NCBI RefSeq assembly: GCF_016432865.1
Contig: NC_067400.1
Location: 612,932,001-612,996,000, forward strand
Length of the DNA: 64,000 nt
Source of the DNA: Antechinus flavipes
Lineage: Eukaryota
Direction of reading: 5' to 3'
The position numbers were made by a program, and so were the translations under genes. The notes beneath the pieces were generated by a model. The model saw only the letters and a list, made by a program, of their open reading frames with translations. It was not told where the DNA came from and searched no databases. This document shows, piece after piece, positions 33,011 through 49,178 of this stretch (the stretch's first letter is position 1; each line of letters begins with the position of its first letter).

Positions 33011-36000
33011 CTATGTTTGTAGCTGCACGGACACTGAGGAGTCAGTCACCCGAGTTCTCCGGAACCCCTCGGAGCCCAGGCGGTTCTTCGATTTGTGCAA
33101 GAAGTGAACGAATCGCACTCCTGGGCCATAGTGTTTGAATACGTGAGACACCTGGAGGGGCAGGGCAACAGAGGGAGGGATCATCCTCGGATGGGGGAAG
33201 ACAAGACAATTTCCAATCTTCCCTCCCTACCCATTCCTTCCCCAGTTAATTGGGGGAGGTGTGAAGGAGGACTTAAGGAGAGGAACGTTGGGACATCGGG
33301 AGGGAACACTGTGGGGTCACTGAGAGAAGGGCATTGGGAAGGAACATTTGGAGACACCGGGAGATGGCAATGGAGCACTGAGAGAGGGCATGGGGCACAT
33401 TGGGAGAGAACACTGGGGTCACTGGGAGAAGACACTAGGAGGCATTGGGAAGGAACCTTAGGAGACACTGGGAGAGGGCACTGGAGCACTGAGAGAGGGC
33501 ATGGGGCACATTGGGAGAGAACACTGGGGTCACTGGGAGAAGACACTAGGAGGCATTGGGAGAGAAGATTGTGGGGCACGGGAGAAAACATTGTCATCGG
33601 GAAAAGACAATAAGAGGTACTGGAGAAAGGTTGGAAAGCATTAGGAGGGAACACTGGGAGATGTTGTAGGATGCTGGGAGGGAATTGAGATACTGGAATA
33701 GAAATGGACATACTGGGAGATACTGGGAAGAAAGTTTTGGGGAAACTTTAGGGGGAAGATTGGGAGGAAAGGCTCATATATAACATTGGAAGAGAAAAAG
33801 GAAACACTGGAGAACATTTGGGGAACAAGGGGTGATCTTTGCATAAGATACTAGAGAATACTGGGGGATGTGTGTGAGAAGTATGGGAGAAAGAAGGGGG
33901 TATTTGGGGTCAGTCAATTATGTCTGTTTATGACCCTGCGGGCCATATCACCCCAATACTGTCCATGAGGTTTTCTTGTAAAGATACTGGAGTGGTTTTC
34001 CTTTTCCTTCTCCAGCTCATTTTACAGTTGAGGAAACTGAGGCAAACACAGCTTAGGTGACTTGTTCAGGGTCACACGGCTAGTGAATGTCTGAGACTAG
34101 ATTTGAAGTCGGGTCTTGAAGCAGGGCATTCTAGACCCTGAGCCACCTAATTGCCCAAATCAGAGATCCTGAGTTCAAATCGTGGCATTTACTCATTGCA
34201 TCACTTTGGGTAAATCATTTGCTCTCAGTTTCCCTCCTCTTTGAAATGAGAAGCTTTCGCCTCGATGACCTGTAAGGTCTCTCACAGCTCTAAGTCACCG
34301 GCCCAGACTGAAGAACGGTGAGAAAAGGTTGGTGAGGACATTGGGAGGCGCACCTGGGTCCCCGTGGGGAGTGGAGGGTCCCGAGGACACGAGAGAGGGA
34401 GAGCAGAAGGAGCCCGCTGGCAGATAGCGGAGGGCAAGCTCACCTGGCACCAGCGTCCTCCTGGGCCCCGCGGAGAGGGTCGGGGAGCGGCGTGGTACTG
34501 CCGGAGGACGGTCCGTCTGTCAGCCGCCAGGAGCCACACGTGCAGCTCATACACACACACGTCCAGGCGGCTGTCCTCAAACCTTGCAGGGGGAGTTGGG
34601 GGGAGAAAGGCTCTAGGCACCCGGCTCCCGGGCCCCAGCAGGGAGGCAGGACCCCGGGGGCCTCCCTTCCTCAGCAGAGCCTCATCCCCAGCCCCGCACT
34701 CTCAGCCCCCATACCAGTCCATGATGGTGATGTCCGGCTGCTCATCATCCAGCAGCTCCTCCCAGAGCCCCTCGGCCAGAAGGTCCACACACTGTTGCTT
34801 CACTGTCCAGCTGGTGGCAGAAGGAGGATGGGAGGGGACTGGGGTCAGAGGTCCGTCCTACCCTTCCCCTATTCCCTGGGAGATGAGAACCCCAGCATTC
34901 GGCCTCTGCCATCTGCCCTTCTCCCCGAGCCCTCCGGCCCAGAGAGAGGTGGACGCCAGAACACCCCCAAAGGAAGGACCCTGACGTTTGTGCTCTCCAG
35001 CTGAGGGGGTGGCTGTGGGCAGGCTGCCCGGCCCCAGAGTCCCCGGGCTTCGCCCTCACCTGAAGTGGGGGAGCAGCTTCTCAGTGCTGATTTGCCATCC
35101 ACTAAAGTTACCTGAGGGAGGAAGGCCGGGATTAGATCCGGGTACCAGGCCCGTCAGCACCTCAGCTTCCCCAGCCTCCTCCCGGGGACCCTGTTCCCCC
35201 TTCCAGGAGTCTGTTTCTGGGCTGGGGACAGAGCAGGGTGGGAACGTCAGCTCTCCTCCCTCTCCCAGTCCCACAGTGTCCGCCAAGGTCGGGGAGCCTT
35301 ACCCAGGGTTTCCAGGGACCGAGCAGGGCCACAGGGCGGGGGCGGCTCATAGATGTTGATGCCTGAAATAGGGGAGAGGGGTCAGCCTCTCAGACACCCC
35401 CCTCCTGACGTATACACTGGTGGATGCCCCCCGACATTCACTGACCCCCATCTCTCCCTCTGACCTTTACAGCTCTCCAGTCACCTCTCAGCTCTCCACT
35501 AGCGCCAGATCCCTCAGGGATCCCTTCATCCTCTGCTAATTGCTCACAGGCCGTGGATCCCTGGTCACTGACCCATATGCCTCTACTTTCCCCAAACCCC
35601 TGCCAGACAGCCCTTCTCACAGCTCCTCCAACCCCCTTCTTCTCGCTCCCTCCCAGGGTCAAACACACACACACACCCCACACCCCCTAAAAAAATCCAA
35701 ACTCCTCCGGCTCTTCCCTGGGGCGAGGCAAGACAGGCTGGCCCAGGGTGAGTCAGGGCCCAGGGGCTGAGTCAGAGAAACAACTCCCCTCCGAGGGGAG
35801 GGATTAGGAGTGGAGGTGTTCCAGAGAAAGAGGTGAGACACTATCAGAACACGGAACCTTGCAGTTCTGTTCCTGGGACGGAGCAGGAAACTGAGAACCA
35901 GAATCAGAGGGAGGCACAAGGGCGAGGAGTGAGACAGAGAGGGGGACAGAGGGGGACAGACAAGGAGGAACCGGGTCAGAGATGGATCCAGAGAATACAT

Positions 36001-38192
36001 GTGAAAAATGCAAGAGAGATATGTAATACAGGGCAGAGACTGAGAGGGAGAGAGACAGAGACAGAGACAGAGACAGAGACAGACAGACAGATAGAAAGAG
36101 TGAAAGAGGGAGGGACAGAGGGAGAGACAAGGGCAGAGTATCGGCAACAGAGATGGATCCAGAGGATACATGTGAAAAATGCCAAAGAGATATGTANNNN
36201 NNNNNNNNNNNNNNNNNNNNNNNNNNNNNNNNNNNNNNNNNNNNNNNNNNNNNNNNNNNNNNNNNNNNNNNNNNNNNNNNNNNNNNNNNNNNNNNNNNNN
36301 NNNNNNNNNNNNNNNNNNNNNNNNNNNNNNNNNNNNNNNNNNNNNNNNNNNNNNNNNNNNNNNNNNNNNNNNNNNNNNNNNNNNNNNNNNNNNNNNNNNN
36401 NNNNNNNNNNNNNNNNNNNNNNNNNNNNNNNNNNNNNNNNNNNNNNNNNNNNNNNNNNNNNNNNNNNNNNNNNNNNNNNNNNNNNNNNNNNNNNNNNNNN
36501 NNNNNNNNNNNNNNNNNNNNNNNNNNNNNNNNNNNNNNNNNNNNNNNNNNNNNNNNNNNNNNNNNNNNNNNNNNNNNNNNNNNNNNNNNNNNNNNNNNNN
36601 NNNNNNNNNNNNNNNNNNNNNNNNNNNNNNNNNNNNNNNNNNNNNNNNNNNNNNNNNNNNNNNNNNNNNNNNNNNNNNNNNNNNNNNNNNNNNNNNNNNN
36701 NNNNNNNNNNNNNNNNNNNNNNNNNNNNNNNNNNNNNNNNNNNNNNNNNNNNNNNNNNAGAGAATGGAGAGAAAGAGAGAGAGAGACAGAGAGAGAGACA
36801 GATAGACAGGGACNNNNNNNNNNNNNNNNNNNNNNNNNNNNNNNNNNNNNNNNNNNNNNNNNNNNNNNNNNNNNNNNNNNNNNNNNNNNNNNNNNNNNNN
36901 NNNNNNNNNNNNNNNNNNNNNNNNNNNNNNNNNNNNNNNNNNNNNNNNNNNNNNNNNNNNNNNNNNNNNNNNNNNNNNNNNNNNNNNNNNNNNNNNNNNN
37001 NNTGGGGACAGAGCGCTGGAGAATACATGTGAAAAGTGCCAGAGATAAGTAATACAGGGCAGAGACAGTTGGAGGTAGAGGGAGAGACAGAGACAGAGAA
37101 GAGAGAGGCACAGAGGAAGGGTGGGGGCAGAAGGAGGAATGGGGCAAGACAGCCAGACAAAGGCGGTGAGGGATGACTATTTAGGGATGGAAATTGCCGG
37201 GAAGGAACATTGGGAAAGATCAAACTTGGAGGCAGACGCAAGCACAGGGACAGGGACAGGAACTGGAAAAGATGGAAACGAAGGGAGAGGGAGAGACAGA
37301 GAGAGAAACAGGGGGAGGGGGGGGACACACGTGGGGGGGCGAAAGGGGGTAGGAGAAAGATACAGAGACAGACTGATAGAGACTGACAGAGACAGATGGA
37401 GAGACAAGGGGGGAGAAAGGGGGGGAGGGAGACAGAAGGGGGAGGGAGAGAGAGAAGGGGAGGAACAGAGCGGGGAGAGGGAGAGATAGAGAGAGACAGA
37501 GAGACAGAGACAGAGAGGAGAGAGGGAGGGAGAGGGAAAAAGGGAGAGAAGGGAGGGAGAGAGGGAAAGGGGGAAAGAGACAGAGACTCAGGTGCACACA
37601 CACACAGAAACTGAGATAGAGACAGAGAAACTCAGAGAGAGAAACTGAGACAGAGTCAGAGAGCGCCAGGCGGGGACGGGGACACGGGAATAAAGCCACA
37701 AGCCGCTGAGCCAGGTGCAAGGGTCCGAACGGCTCCCAGAAGCACCGCCAGGGACAGAGGCGCGAGCCTGGGACTGGCGGAGCCCGGCCGGGCGCCCACA
37801 AGCCCTTGCTGCCCGCCGGCCCCGGCCGGTCCCCGGCTCCCGCCACTGTCCCGGTGCAGATCCTCCCGCCCCGCCCCCACTCCCGCACCCTCGGGGTTCG
37901 GGGATCGCAGCAGGTTGCGGTAGAGCGGCCTCCGCACGTAGAGCAGCTTCCAGCTGAGACCCGGGGGCAGATTCAGCTCCGCCCCGGGAGTCCCCCACTC
38001 ATCCAGCAGCAGCTGGCGGGCCCCTTGCTCCGACGGCCCCGGTGAAGGAGGCGCTCCGAGGATGGAGCCCGGGGACAGCGGCGGCGGGGGCGAGGGCGCC
38101 CGTGGGGGGAACGGGGGCGACGGGGGTCTGGGCGGCCCCTGCCCTCCTCCGGCCGCAGGTGCGTCGGGGCCCGTGTCTGCGGCTCCGTCCAT
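33011..38192 (-). CDS. NCCRP1: Non-specific cytotoxic cell receptor protein 1 (FBA-domain protein, FBXO50), 263 aa
   Basis: Exons (minus) 38192-37889, 35362-35303, 35111-35060, 34810-34715, 34582-34444, 33151-33011, GT-AG with consistent phases. Motifs ARQLLLDEWG, RRPLYRNLLRSPNPEGINIYEP, WTVKQQCVDLLAEGLWEELLDDEQP, FEDSRLDVCVYELHVWLLAADRRTV and VSHVFKHYGPGVRFVHFLHK match NCCRP1. Confidence 0.96.
33305..33560 (+). repeat. 111-bp tandem repeat (~2.3 copies) in the last NCCRP1 intron
   Basis: gcattggga recurs at 33331, 33442 and 33553 with near-identical intervening sequence. Confidence 0.8.
34010..34270 (-). mobile_element. MIR/MAR1-like SINE fragments (antisense)
   Basis: cattttacagttgaggaaactgaggc...gacttgttcagggtcacacggctagt is the reverse of the CORE-SINE core. 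Confidence 0.65.
35900..37660. repeat. AG-rich low-complexity / ~170-bp repeat region with two N blocks (36197-36758, 36814-37002)
   Basis: The motif (g)agaatacatgtgaaaa..g...gagata.gtaatacagggcagagac occurs at ~35990, ~36160 and ~37020 around the Ns, among (AGAC)n/(AG)n runs, in NCCRP1 intron 1. Confidence 0.7.
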
Positions 38193-41053
38193 CTCGGGAT
38201 CTCGTCGAGTTCTGGCTTTCCTGAGGGAGGGGCCACACCATTGGGTATTTAAGGAGGAGCTGCCCTAGGAGGGGAAAGACCCGGGAGCTCCCGGCCCCAA
38301 CCCTTCCTCTCAACTCAGGGACTCGGGAGACCAGCCCTCCCCCCCCCTCCACTTGGGGACCCGCCCGGCCGAGATCTGGACAGAGAACGGTCTAGTCCTC
38401 CCAGGCCCCCCTCAAAACCCTCCTCCCCCATCTCCAAGGTCCCATCAGAGCTCCCCCAACCCCTGACCCAGCAGGGCCCACCCCAAGTTCTGCCGCCTCC
38501 CTGGGGGTCCAGAGCCCGCTGCGGATGCGTGGTGACCTCCTCAGGCTCAGAAAGGGGACAGTGGCGGCCCTTCCTTCCTGCAGGACTAATTAAAGAGGCT
38601 CACGTTGGGATGGGGCCCTCCCTAATGGGGCCAATCGGCCTCGTTAACATTCCTAATGAGAGGATTAATAGGGAGCCCACTGACCTCAGAAGCTCCGCGA
38701 GGCACTTCGGGCCAGCCCGCCCGCCCTACCTGCTGGGGCCCAGGGTCATTGGCTCCGGGCCATTTCCGGCCAAAGCCCAGAAACCCAGGGGTGTCACATG
38801 AGGTTTTGGGGAGAGGGAGGGGGGAGGACTGGAAGACCCACCCACGGGCCCCCGCCCGCCGCAGACAAACAAACAGACCCCACCCAGGGCTAACCAAGCA
38901 TCCCGCCCCCCCTCAGCCAGGTGGAGGTGGAGGGAGGAAGGACCCGGATGGGTGGGAGCCAGATCTAAACTAATGAGCACCGAGTCCTCGCGGAGGAATC
39001 CAGGGCAGGGAGGGCCCTGGAGCCAGGGACCGGGGCTGAGAGACCTCGGTGGCACGGGTCCCAGGTTGCGAGTTCAAATGCCGGCCCTGCCACATACTGG
39101 CCGCGTGACTCGGCTGCCCTCTCAGTGCCTGTTTCTTCAGAACCAGACGGGCCGGATTGATCTCCTGCCGGTTCTGCCTGAACAGCCGTCACTCGGGCCT
39201 TGGTTGAGCGCTCCTCCCCGCGGGGTTGGGGCGCCCCCCGCCGCTGCTGCCGCGGCAGATGCCCTCCTGCCAGGGGCACGGGGCTGTGCTCTCTGCGGAG
39301 CGAGGGAGGGAGCAGGGAGGCAGCAGGGAGGCAGAGCCAGGCCCGAGGCCCCGGACAGCCGGAGGACCGTCTGGATGGAGGGGGCTGTTGTCATGAGGTA
39401 TCTTATCTGATAACTGAGGAAACCGAGACCCCGAGGAGGCGCCTGTGCAGTGACCTAGTAAAGCGGTTCCAACGTGGCTTTTGTCACTCCGAGCCACCGC
39501 TCTCTCATGCGGGTAGTGGGGTTCAGCAGCCCCTCTAAATCGTGTCCCCCACCAGCTCCCTGAAACCACCCGAGACCCCGGGGTGGAGGATTACAACCTG
39601 CAGGGGATGCCAGGGACGGTGGGTTGGGGGGCGAGGGGGCGGAGCTGGCCGCTCTTTCTGGTTTGTGCCAGGTACTCTTCCATGGCCACCACTGCCCAGG
39701 GGCTGGAGAGGCGAGTGGGGAGGGCCCCAGCTGTGCTGGGTGGCCATCCCTAAGGGCTCCCCAACACCCGCTTCCCTGCCTTCCAGGCCCTCGGAACAAC
39801 GGTTGTCATGGGCCCATCTCACCAGGGGAAATCTTTGTGCTTGGGATAGACACCCTCGTCACCGTTGGGGCTGAGACCCCCCTTTCCCCCAGCCCGGTCT
39901 AGCCCCTTTGCAGTGTCAGCTGTCCCGGGTGCAGAGGCTGGGCCCACCACAAAATCGGGGAGCACTGCCTCATTTAATTCAATTTGGCATGGATCAGGTT
40001 ACTCAGGTGAAATCACCTCCCTGCGGTCAATTGCTTCAGCGATGGATTAATCACTGATTGATGAATCAGCCACCAACAATGCCTCCTGTGTGCGGGGGCA
40101 GGGGAGGCTTCAAGGAGACGGACTCGAGGTCTGGGCCTCGGTGGGGGCTGGGCCAGGGCCGGGGTGTGGGAGGGCTCACTTCGGGGCATCGGGCCTCTGG
40201 ACTCGTGTGCCCATCGCCACGCTCAGGCCATGAGGGCTATTATGGATGACAGCCATGGGGCCGGTCTCTCCCCGCCCCGCAGAAGGGTCCTCTCTGAGGC
40301 GACCTTGTACTGCCGGTCCCGTTTCAGTCGCACTGGCTAACTACGGAAGCCCAGGAGGGGACACTTCTGAACAACGTGATTTAGAAAACGTTCTCGTTCA
40401 CGAATCCTCAAGGCCCAGAGGGAGCTCGAGAACCTCTAGGCTCCAGCCCTCATCTCAGGGAAGAACCTGAGGCTTGAAAGGCCCGGCCTAAGAGCACCCC
40501 AACCTCAAGGGGGCCGAGGGGAACGGCTTTGGGGGATGAGGAATCCAGGGATGACTGTTTCTACCCCACCAGCTACTGGATGCAGGCAAGGCCCTCGCCT
40601 TCCAGAACTTCGGGTTCCTCCTGAGCACCCTGAGCTGGGAAGTGAACCCCTGGACTGCCACACTGGCCAGCCTAAGCTCACGGGGGAGGACCCATAAAGG
40701 GGAAGGTCCCAACATGCTGCAGGGCCTGGGACTGAACCCCTAAAACAAGCCCTCCCTTCTTGGGGCCAGGACCTTTCAGGGGTTTGGTACAGGTGGCTCG
40801 GACCCCATTTGAGACCTCCTGAGAACCATGCGGGGGCCCTGGTCCAAGATGCTGCAGTTGGCCATACTCAGCCCTCCCCCACCAGAGCACCCACAACTTC
40901 CCGGGACTTTCTTCCTCGCCAGGTGACCTCAGCCGCATTTCTTAGGGGAGCCTGGACAATAGCCGGCTCCCATCATTCCTTCTCCATGGCCCACAGTCCC
41001 ATCCCACAGACTCGTGCTCAGCTTCAGTTTTTCTCAGAAATGAAGGAAAACAT

Positions 41054-41059
41054 TTTAAT
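41054..41059 (-). terminator. PAK4: Probable PAK4 poly(A) signal ATTAAA
   Basis: Minus strand tttacaATTAAAatgtttt at the end of a ~750-nt 3' UTR containing AU-rich stretches. Confidence 0.55.
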
Positions 41060-41811
41060 TGTAAAACTAACGGGGGGGTCCAGGCCTGCAGCACGGCTTC
41101 CCAAATCCAGGACCCCGGCTCCCGGCTGACCCCGGCATGGGGTTCAAGGCCGAGGATTTGTTATGAAATGACAATATAAATAGCTCTTTTGTTAAAAAGA
41201 GGGTCTCCCAGGGGCACAGTAGTATTCTCGGCAGAGGCCGGAGGAGAGAGGCTGCCAGTCCTCCCTGGCATCAGGCCTCAGCAGGGGAGAGGGCACGGAG
41301 GCGGCCCCCAGACGTCACTGCTCTGGCACTTGCACGCACCTCGCTTCATGCACTCGCACAAAAGCGTGGAGACGCAGGCAGGCAGGCGCCAGCCACACGC
41401 AGATACACAGCTCGGTGCGGAGGGGCGCCTCCGTGCCCACGCTGCCCGCCCCAGCAGCCCTCTCCCGAGGCCGGGAGAGCTCTCCCGCTCTGCAGATTTC
41501 CAGTGTCAAGCCAACCGGCCCCGAAGGAGGCAGATGGCGAGGGGCTCCGGTCTGAGAGACCCTCGGTGCCCTTGCTCCCAAGTCATTATTTAAAAACAGC
41601 AAAACATCAAAACCGCAACTCAGTAGTTGAGTTCCCCAGAAGGGTCTGAAGGAGCCACAGGGTGCCCGGGGCCAAGTCTGCCAGGAGGCATCTAGCGGAT
41701 GCACGAGGGGGGACCGCGGCGCCCACCGCGCTCCCTCCTGCTTCTCTCGGGCGGGGCACCTGCCTCTGAGGCGCTTCTTTGGTTAGGGGGAGGGCCAGGG
41801 CTGGTCCAGTC

Positions 41812-45902
<4,091 letters not shown>

Positions 45903-48290
45903 GGTGCCAGCTACCAGGCCTGGGGGAGAGGCGGCGGTCATGGGGCGCCCCGGGCTCTGCCCACCATCCTAACGCCCGGACGAGCACCCACCGGGGGCGC
46001 CGAGGGGGGGGCGGGCCGCCGAGCTGCTCCCCCCTCCACGTGGCTCTCTGGGGGGGCAGGGGGCCCCATCCTCGCCCCCGCAGGCCACGCGTGTTGGCGC
46101 GGGCACGTGTGTGTGTGTGTGTGTCTGCAGGCGTCCGCACGTCTGCGCTGTTGTTGGGGCAGCCTCTCCCGCGCCCCCGCTCGGGCCTCCCGCAGGCCCT
46201 CCCCCTGCTCCCAGCTCCTGCCCAAGCGGAGCCTTCCCAGTAGCAGCTCCAGCCGGGGGAACCGGTTTGGCTGGGGGTGGGGCGTGCCAGGCCCGGGCTG
46301 GGAGGGGAAGGATCGGCGTCGGCCTGTCCCGACTGGTCAGTGCCCAGAGACGGAGCGAGCGCATCCCCTGCCCTTCTGTTCTGGGCACGGCCATCACTCC
46401 CCTGTGGGTCCTGGGGCTGACCCCCCGGCAGAGAGCTCGCTAAGCATTTTTCCACGACTGTCACCGTAGCCGGACCCAGGCCCCCGGGGGAGAGGGGGCC
46501 GAGCAAGCAGAGGGCCCGGGAAAAGAGAAGCAGTTTTCCTGAGAGAGGCAGACCTCGGGGAGAGCTTCCTGGAGGGCAGCCGGGCTTACCGGGGCCCCTG
46601 CTGGGCGGGGACATCACGTGGCTTGGCCCCCGGACTCCTGGGGTCTGGCCGGGCACTCCCTGCTCAGGCCGCCCAGAGAAAGTTCCAAATAAACACGAAG
46701 CCACGTGGGGGCCCAGCCTGCCAACTTATCTACCTCCTGCCAGGCGGTTCCTCTCCCCTTATTCCCTTCCCCTTCTCGGCCCCATCAGAGAGCGTGCCCA
46801 CCCCCACCCCCACCCCCTGGGGGGGGGAGGTCTGTGAGGAAGCTGGGGGAGCCACACCTCCGGATATTTGTCTTAGTCGGCAGCTGGACAGATGGACGCA
46901 CAAACGGAGGAACTGAGTGGGTGGAGTATATTTACAGAAGCCTGTCCCAAGAGCCCCAGTGGCTGAGCCCAGAGACCCCCATGCAAGGCCCTGCACCTGA
47001 GCCTCCAGGCCACCATAGCGGTGCTTCCCGGCTCCCCGTGGTTACCAAACCCTCTGCTGAACCCGGAGAGCCCCCGGGCCCGGACTCCCACCTGCTGCAC
47101 CAGAGTCTTGAGCTCCAAGACCCCCATCTGGGCCCATCTCACCTAGACTCCCGGGCCCCTCCAGGAGCCGAGGCTTCTTCACAGGATCGGCAGAAGGGAA
47201 GGCGAGACGTCCCCCGTGACAAAAGCCATCCACGGCCACCTGTGCCGAGGTCCTGGGATAGCTGTGGCTGGGGAACGTCAGCCCCTACCCAGACCACGCC
47301 AGGCGGGTCTCCAGGGCCCCTCCCCCACTAGTCCCCAACCTCCCGGCCTTATCAGCAGCCCAGGCCAGGCCCCTAACACAAACAAGAGGGAGGAAGAGCC
47401 GGGTAAAAGCAGGAGCCTGAAAGAACAGGGCGGAAGGGTAGGGGGAGCCAGGGGGTGCCTGGTTTTCCATTCCACCTAGAAGGGTGGGAGGGTTGAGAAT
47501 CAGCAGGAAAGGGGGCAGGCTCCCCTAGGGAAGGGAAGCACTCCCAGGACACGGGAGGCACTGGACAACAAGTACAAGGAAACTTCCCAAGAGGAAAACC
47601 GTCCTTCCCCCCAGTGGCCAAGGCTCCCTCTGGGCCGTGGGGAGAGAAGCAGAGCACGCTGAGATACACGGGACGTTCCCTTCCCCAGGCCTTTGGGGAC
47701 TCCACTCTGCTCTCTCCCTCCCCAAGGTCCACTCTGACCCTTCCCCCGACAGCCTGGGTTCCCAGAGCTGTTGGAGGAGCGCGCTGGGGGAGCCCTCCCT
47801 CCTCTATCAGGGTCTGGGGCACGAGGCCTTTCCTATCTGCACAGAAGACTGGATCTGAGAGTGCCCAAGCAGAAGTCCTGGGGCTGCTGCAAGCCTGCTC
47901 TGGCAGCGGGCTCTGCACCCTGACCCTCGGCCACCACCTGAGGACTTCCAGTCCGGAGGAAGCCCCGCCGATCAGCAAGCTTGTCCGCCGGTCAGTCCTG
48001 AATCTGCCTCGCGGCCCCCGTTCATTCTTCTTTTGTTCAGGCCAATCAGCCTTCGTTCTTTCCAATGATCTTTCAATGGCATGAATGAGGGACCTGACCA
48101 GCGGGTGCACACCACCCCTCCATGTTCTTCAAATTTTCCTTGTCTTCTTCTGGGGGTGGCAGTTCCTCGCCAGGCCTGGGCCTCTCTCACAGCTGCCTCC
48201 GGTGACGATGTTGCTTCCTCAAGTTGTAACTTTATATTTGTCCAAAAGTAACTAAAGCCCCCTGACTGTTTTCAAATCAACGGGCATTTT

Positions 48291-49178
48291 AAATTAAGAC
48301 AACTCTGAGGTACCACTACCCACCTGTCAGTTGGCTAAGATGACAGGAAAAGATCATGAAAATGTTGGAGAGGATGTGGGAAAACTGGGGCGCTGATGCA
48401 TTGTTGGTGGAATTGTGAACGGATCCAGCCATTCTGGAGAGCAGTTTGGACATATCCTCAAAAAATTATCAAACTATACATACCCTTTGACTCAGCAGTG
48501 CTACTACTGGGCTTTTATCCCAAAGAGATCTTGAAGGAAAGACACACACATGTGCAAAAATGTTTGTGGCAGCCCTCTTTGTAGTGGCCAGAAACTGGAA
48601 ACTGAGTGGATGCCCATCAATTAGAGAATGGCTGAATACATTGTGGTATGTTAATGTTATAGAATATTATTGTTCTGTAAAAACAAAAAACAGGATGATT
48701 TGAAAAAGGCCTAGAGAGACTTATGTGAACTGATGCTAAGTGAGCAGAACCAGGAGATCATGATACACGGCAACTAGATTATACGATGACCAATTCTGAC
48801 AGACGTGGCTCTTTCCAACAATGGGATGATTCAGGCCTGTTCCAATGATTTTATGATAAAGAGAGCCACCTACACCCAGAGAGGACTGTGGGAACTGAGT
48901 GTGGATCACAACACAGCATTCTCACTCTTTTTGTTGTTTACTTGAATTTTTTTTTGGTCACTTTTTCCCCTTTTGGATCTGATTTTTTGGTACATGACAT
49001 TCGTGGAAATACATATAGTGGAACTGCACATGTTTAACATGTATTGGATCACTTGCCCACTAGGGGAGGAAGTGTGGGAAGGGAGAGAAAAAAATTAGAA
49101 CAGGGTTTTGTAGGGGTGAATGTCAAAAATTATCAATGTATATATTTTGAAAATAAGAAGCTTTAAATAAAAAAAAAA
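48291..49178 (+). mobile_element. 5'-truncated LINE-1 with poly(A) tail and 17-bp TSD, in PAK4 5' intron (antisense to PAK4)
   Basis: ORF2 tail (acaactctgaggtaccactac...gctaagatgacagg) through 3' UTR and A-tail. TSD aaatcaa(c/t)gggcatttt at 48274-48290 and 49179-49195. Confidence 0.9.

Noticed and set aside
35659-37888. Long ORFs of 200-541 aa spanning the N blocks
   Set aside because: Artefacts of N runs and AG/CT low-complexity sequence.
45903-45941. N-terminal extension [13 protein letters not shown] before PAK4 MFGKKKK
   Set aside because: The upstream ATG lies 5' of the splice acceptor at 45920/45919, so it is intronic.
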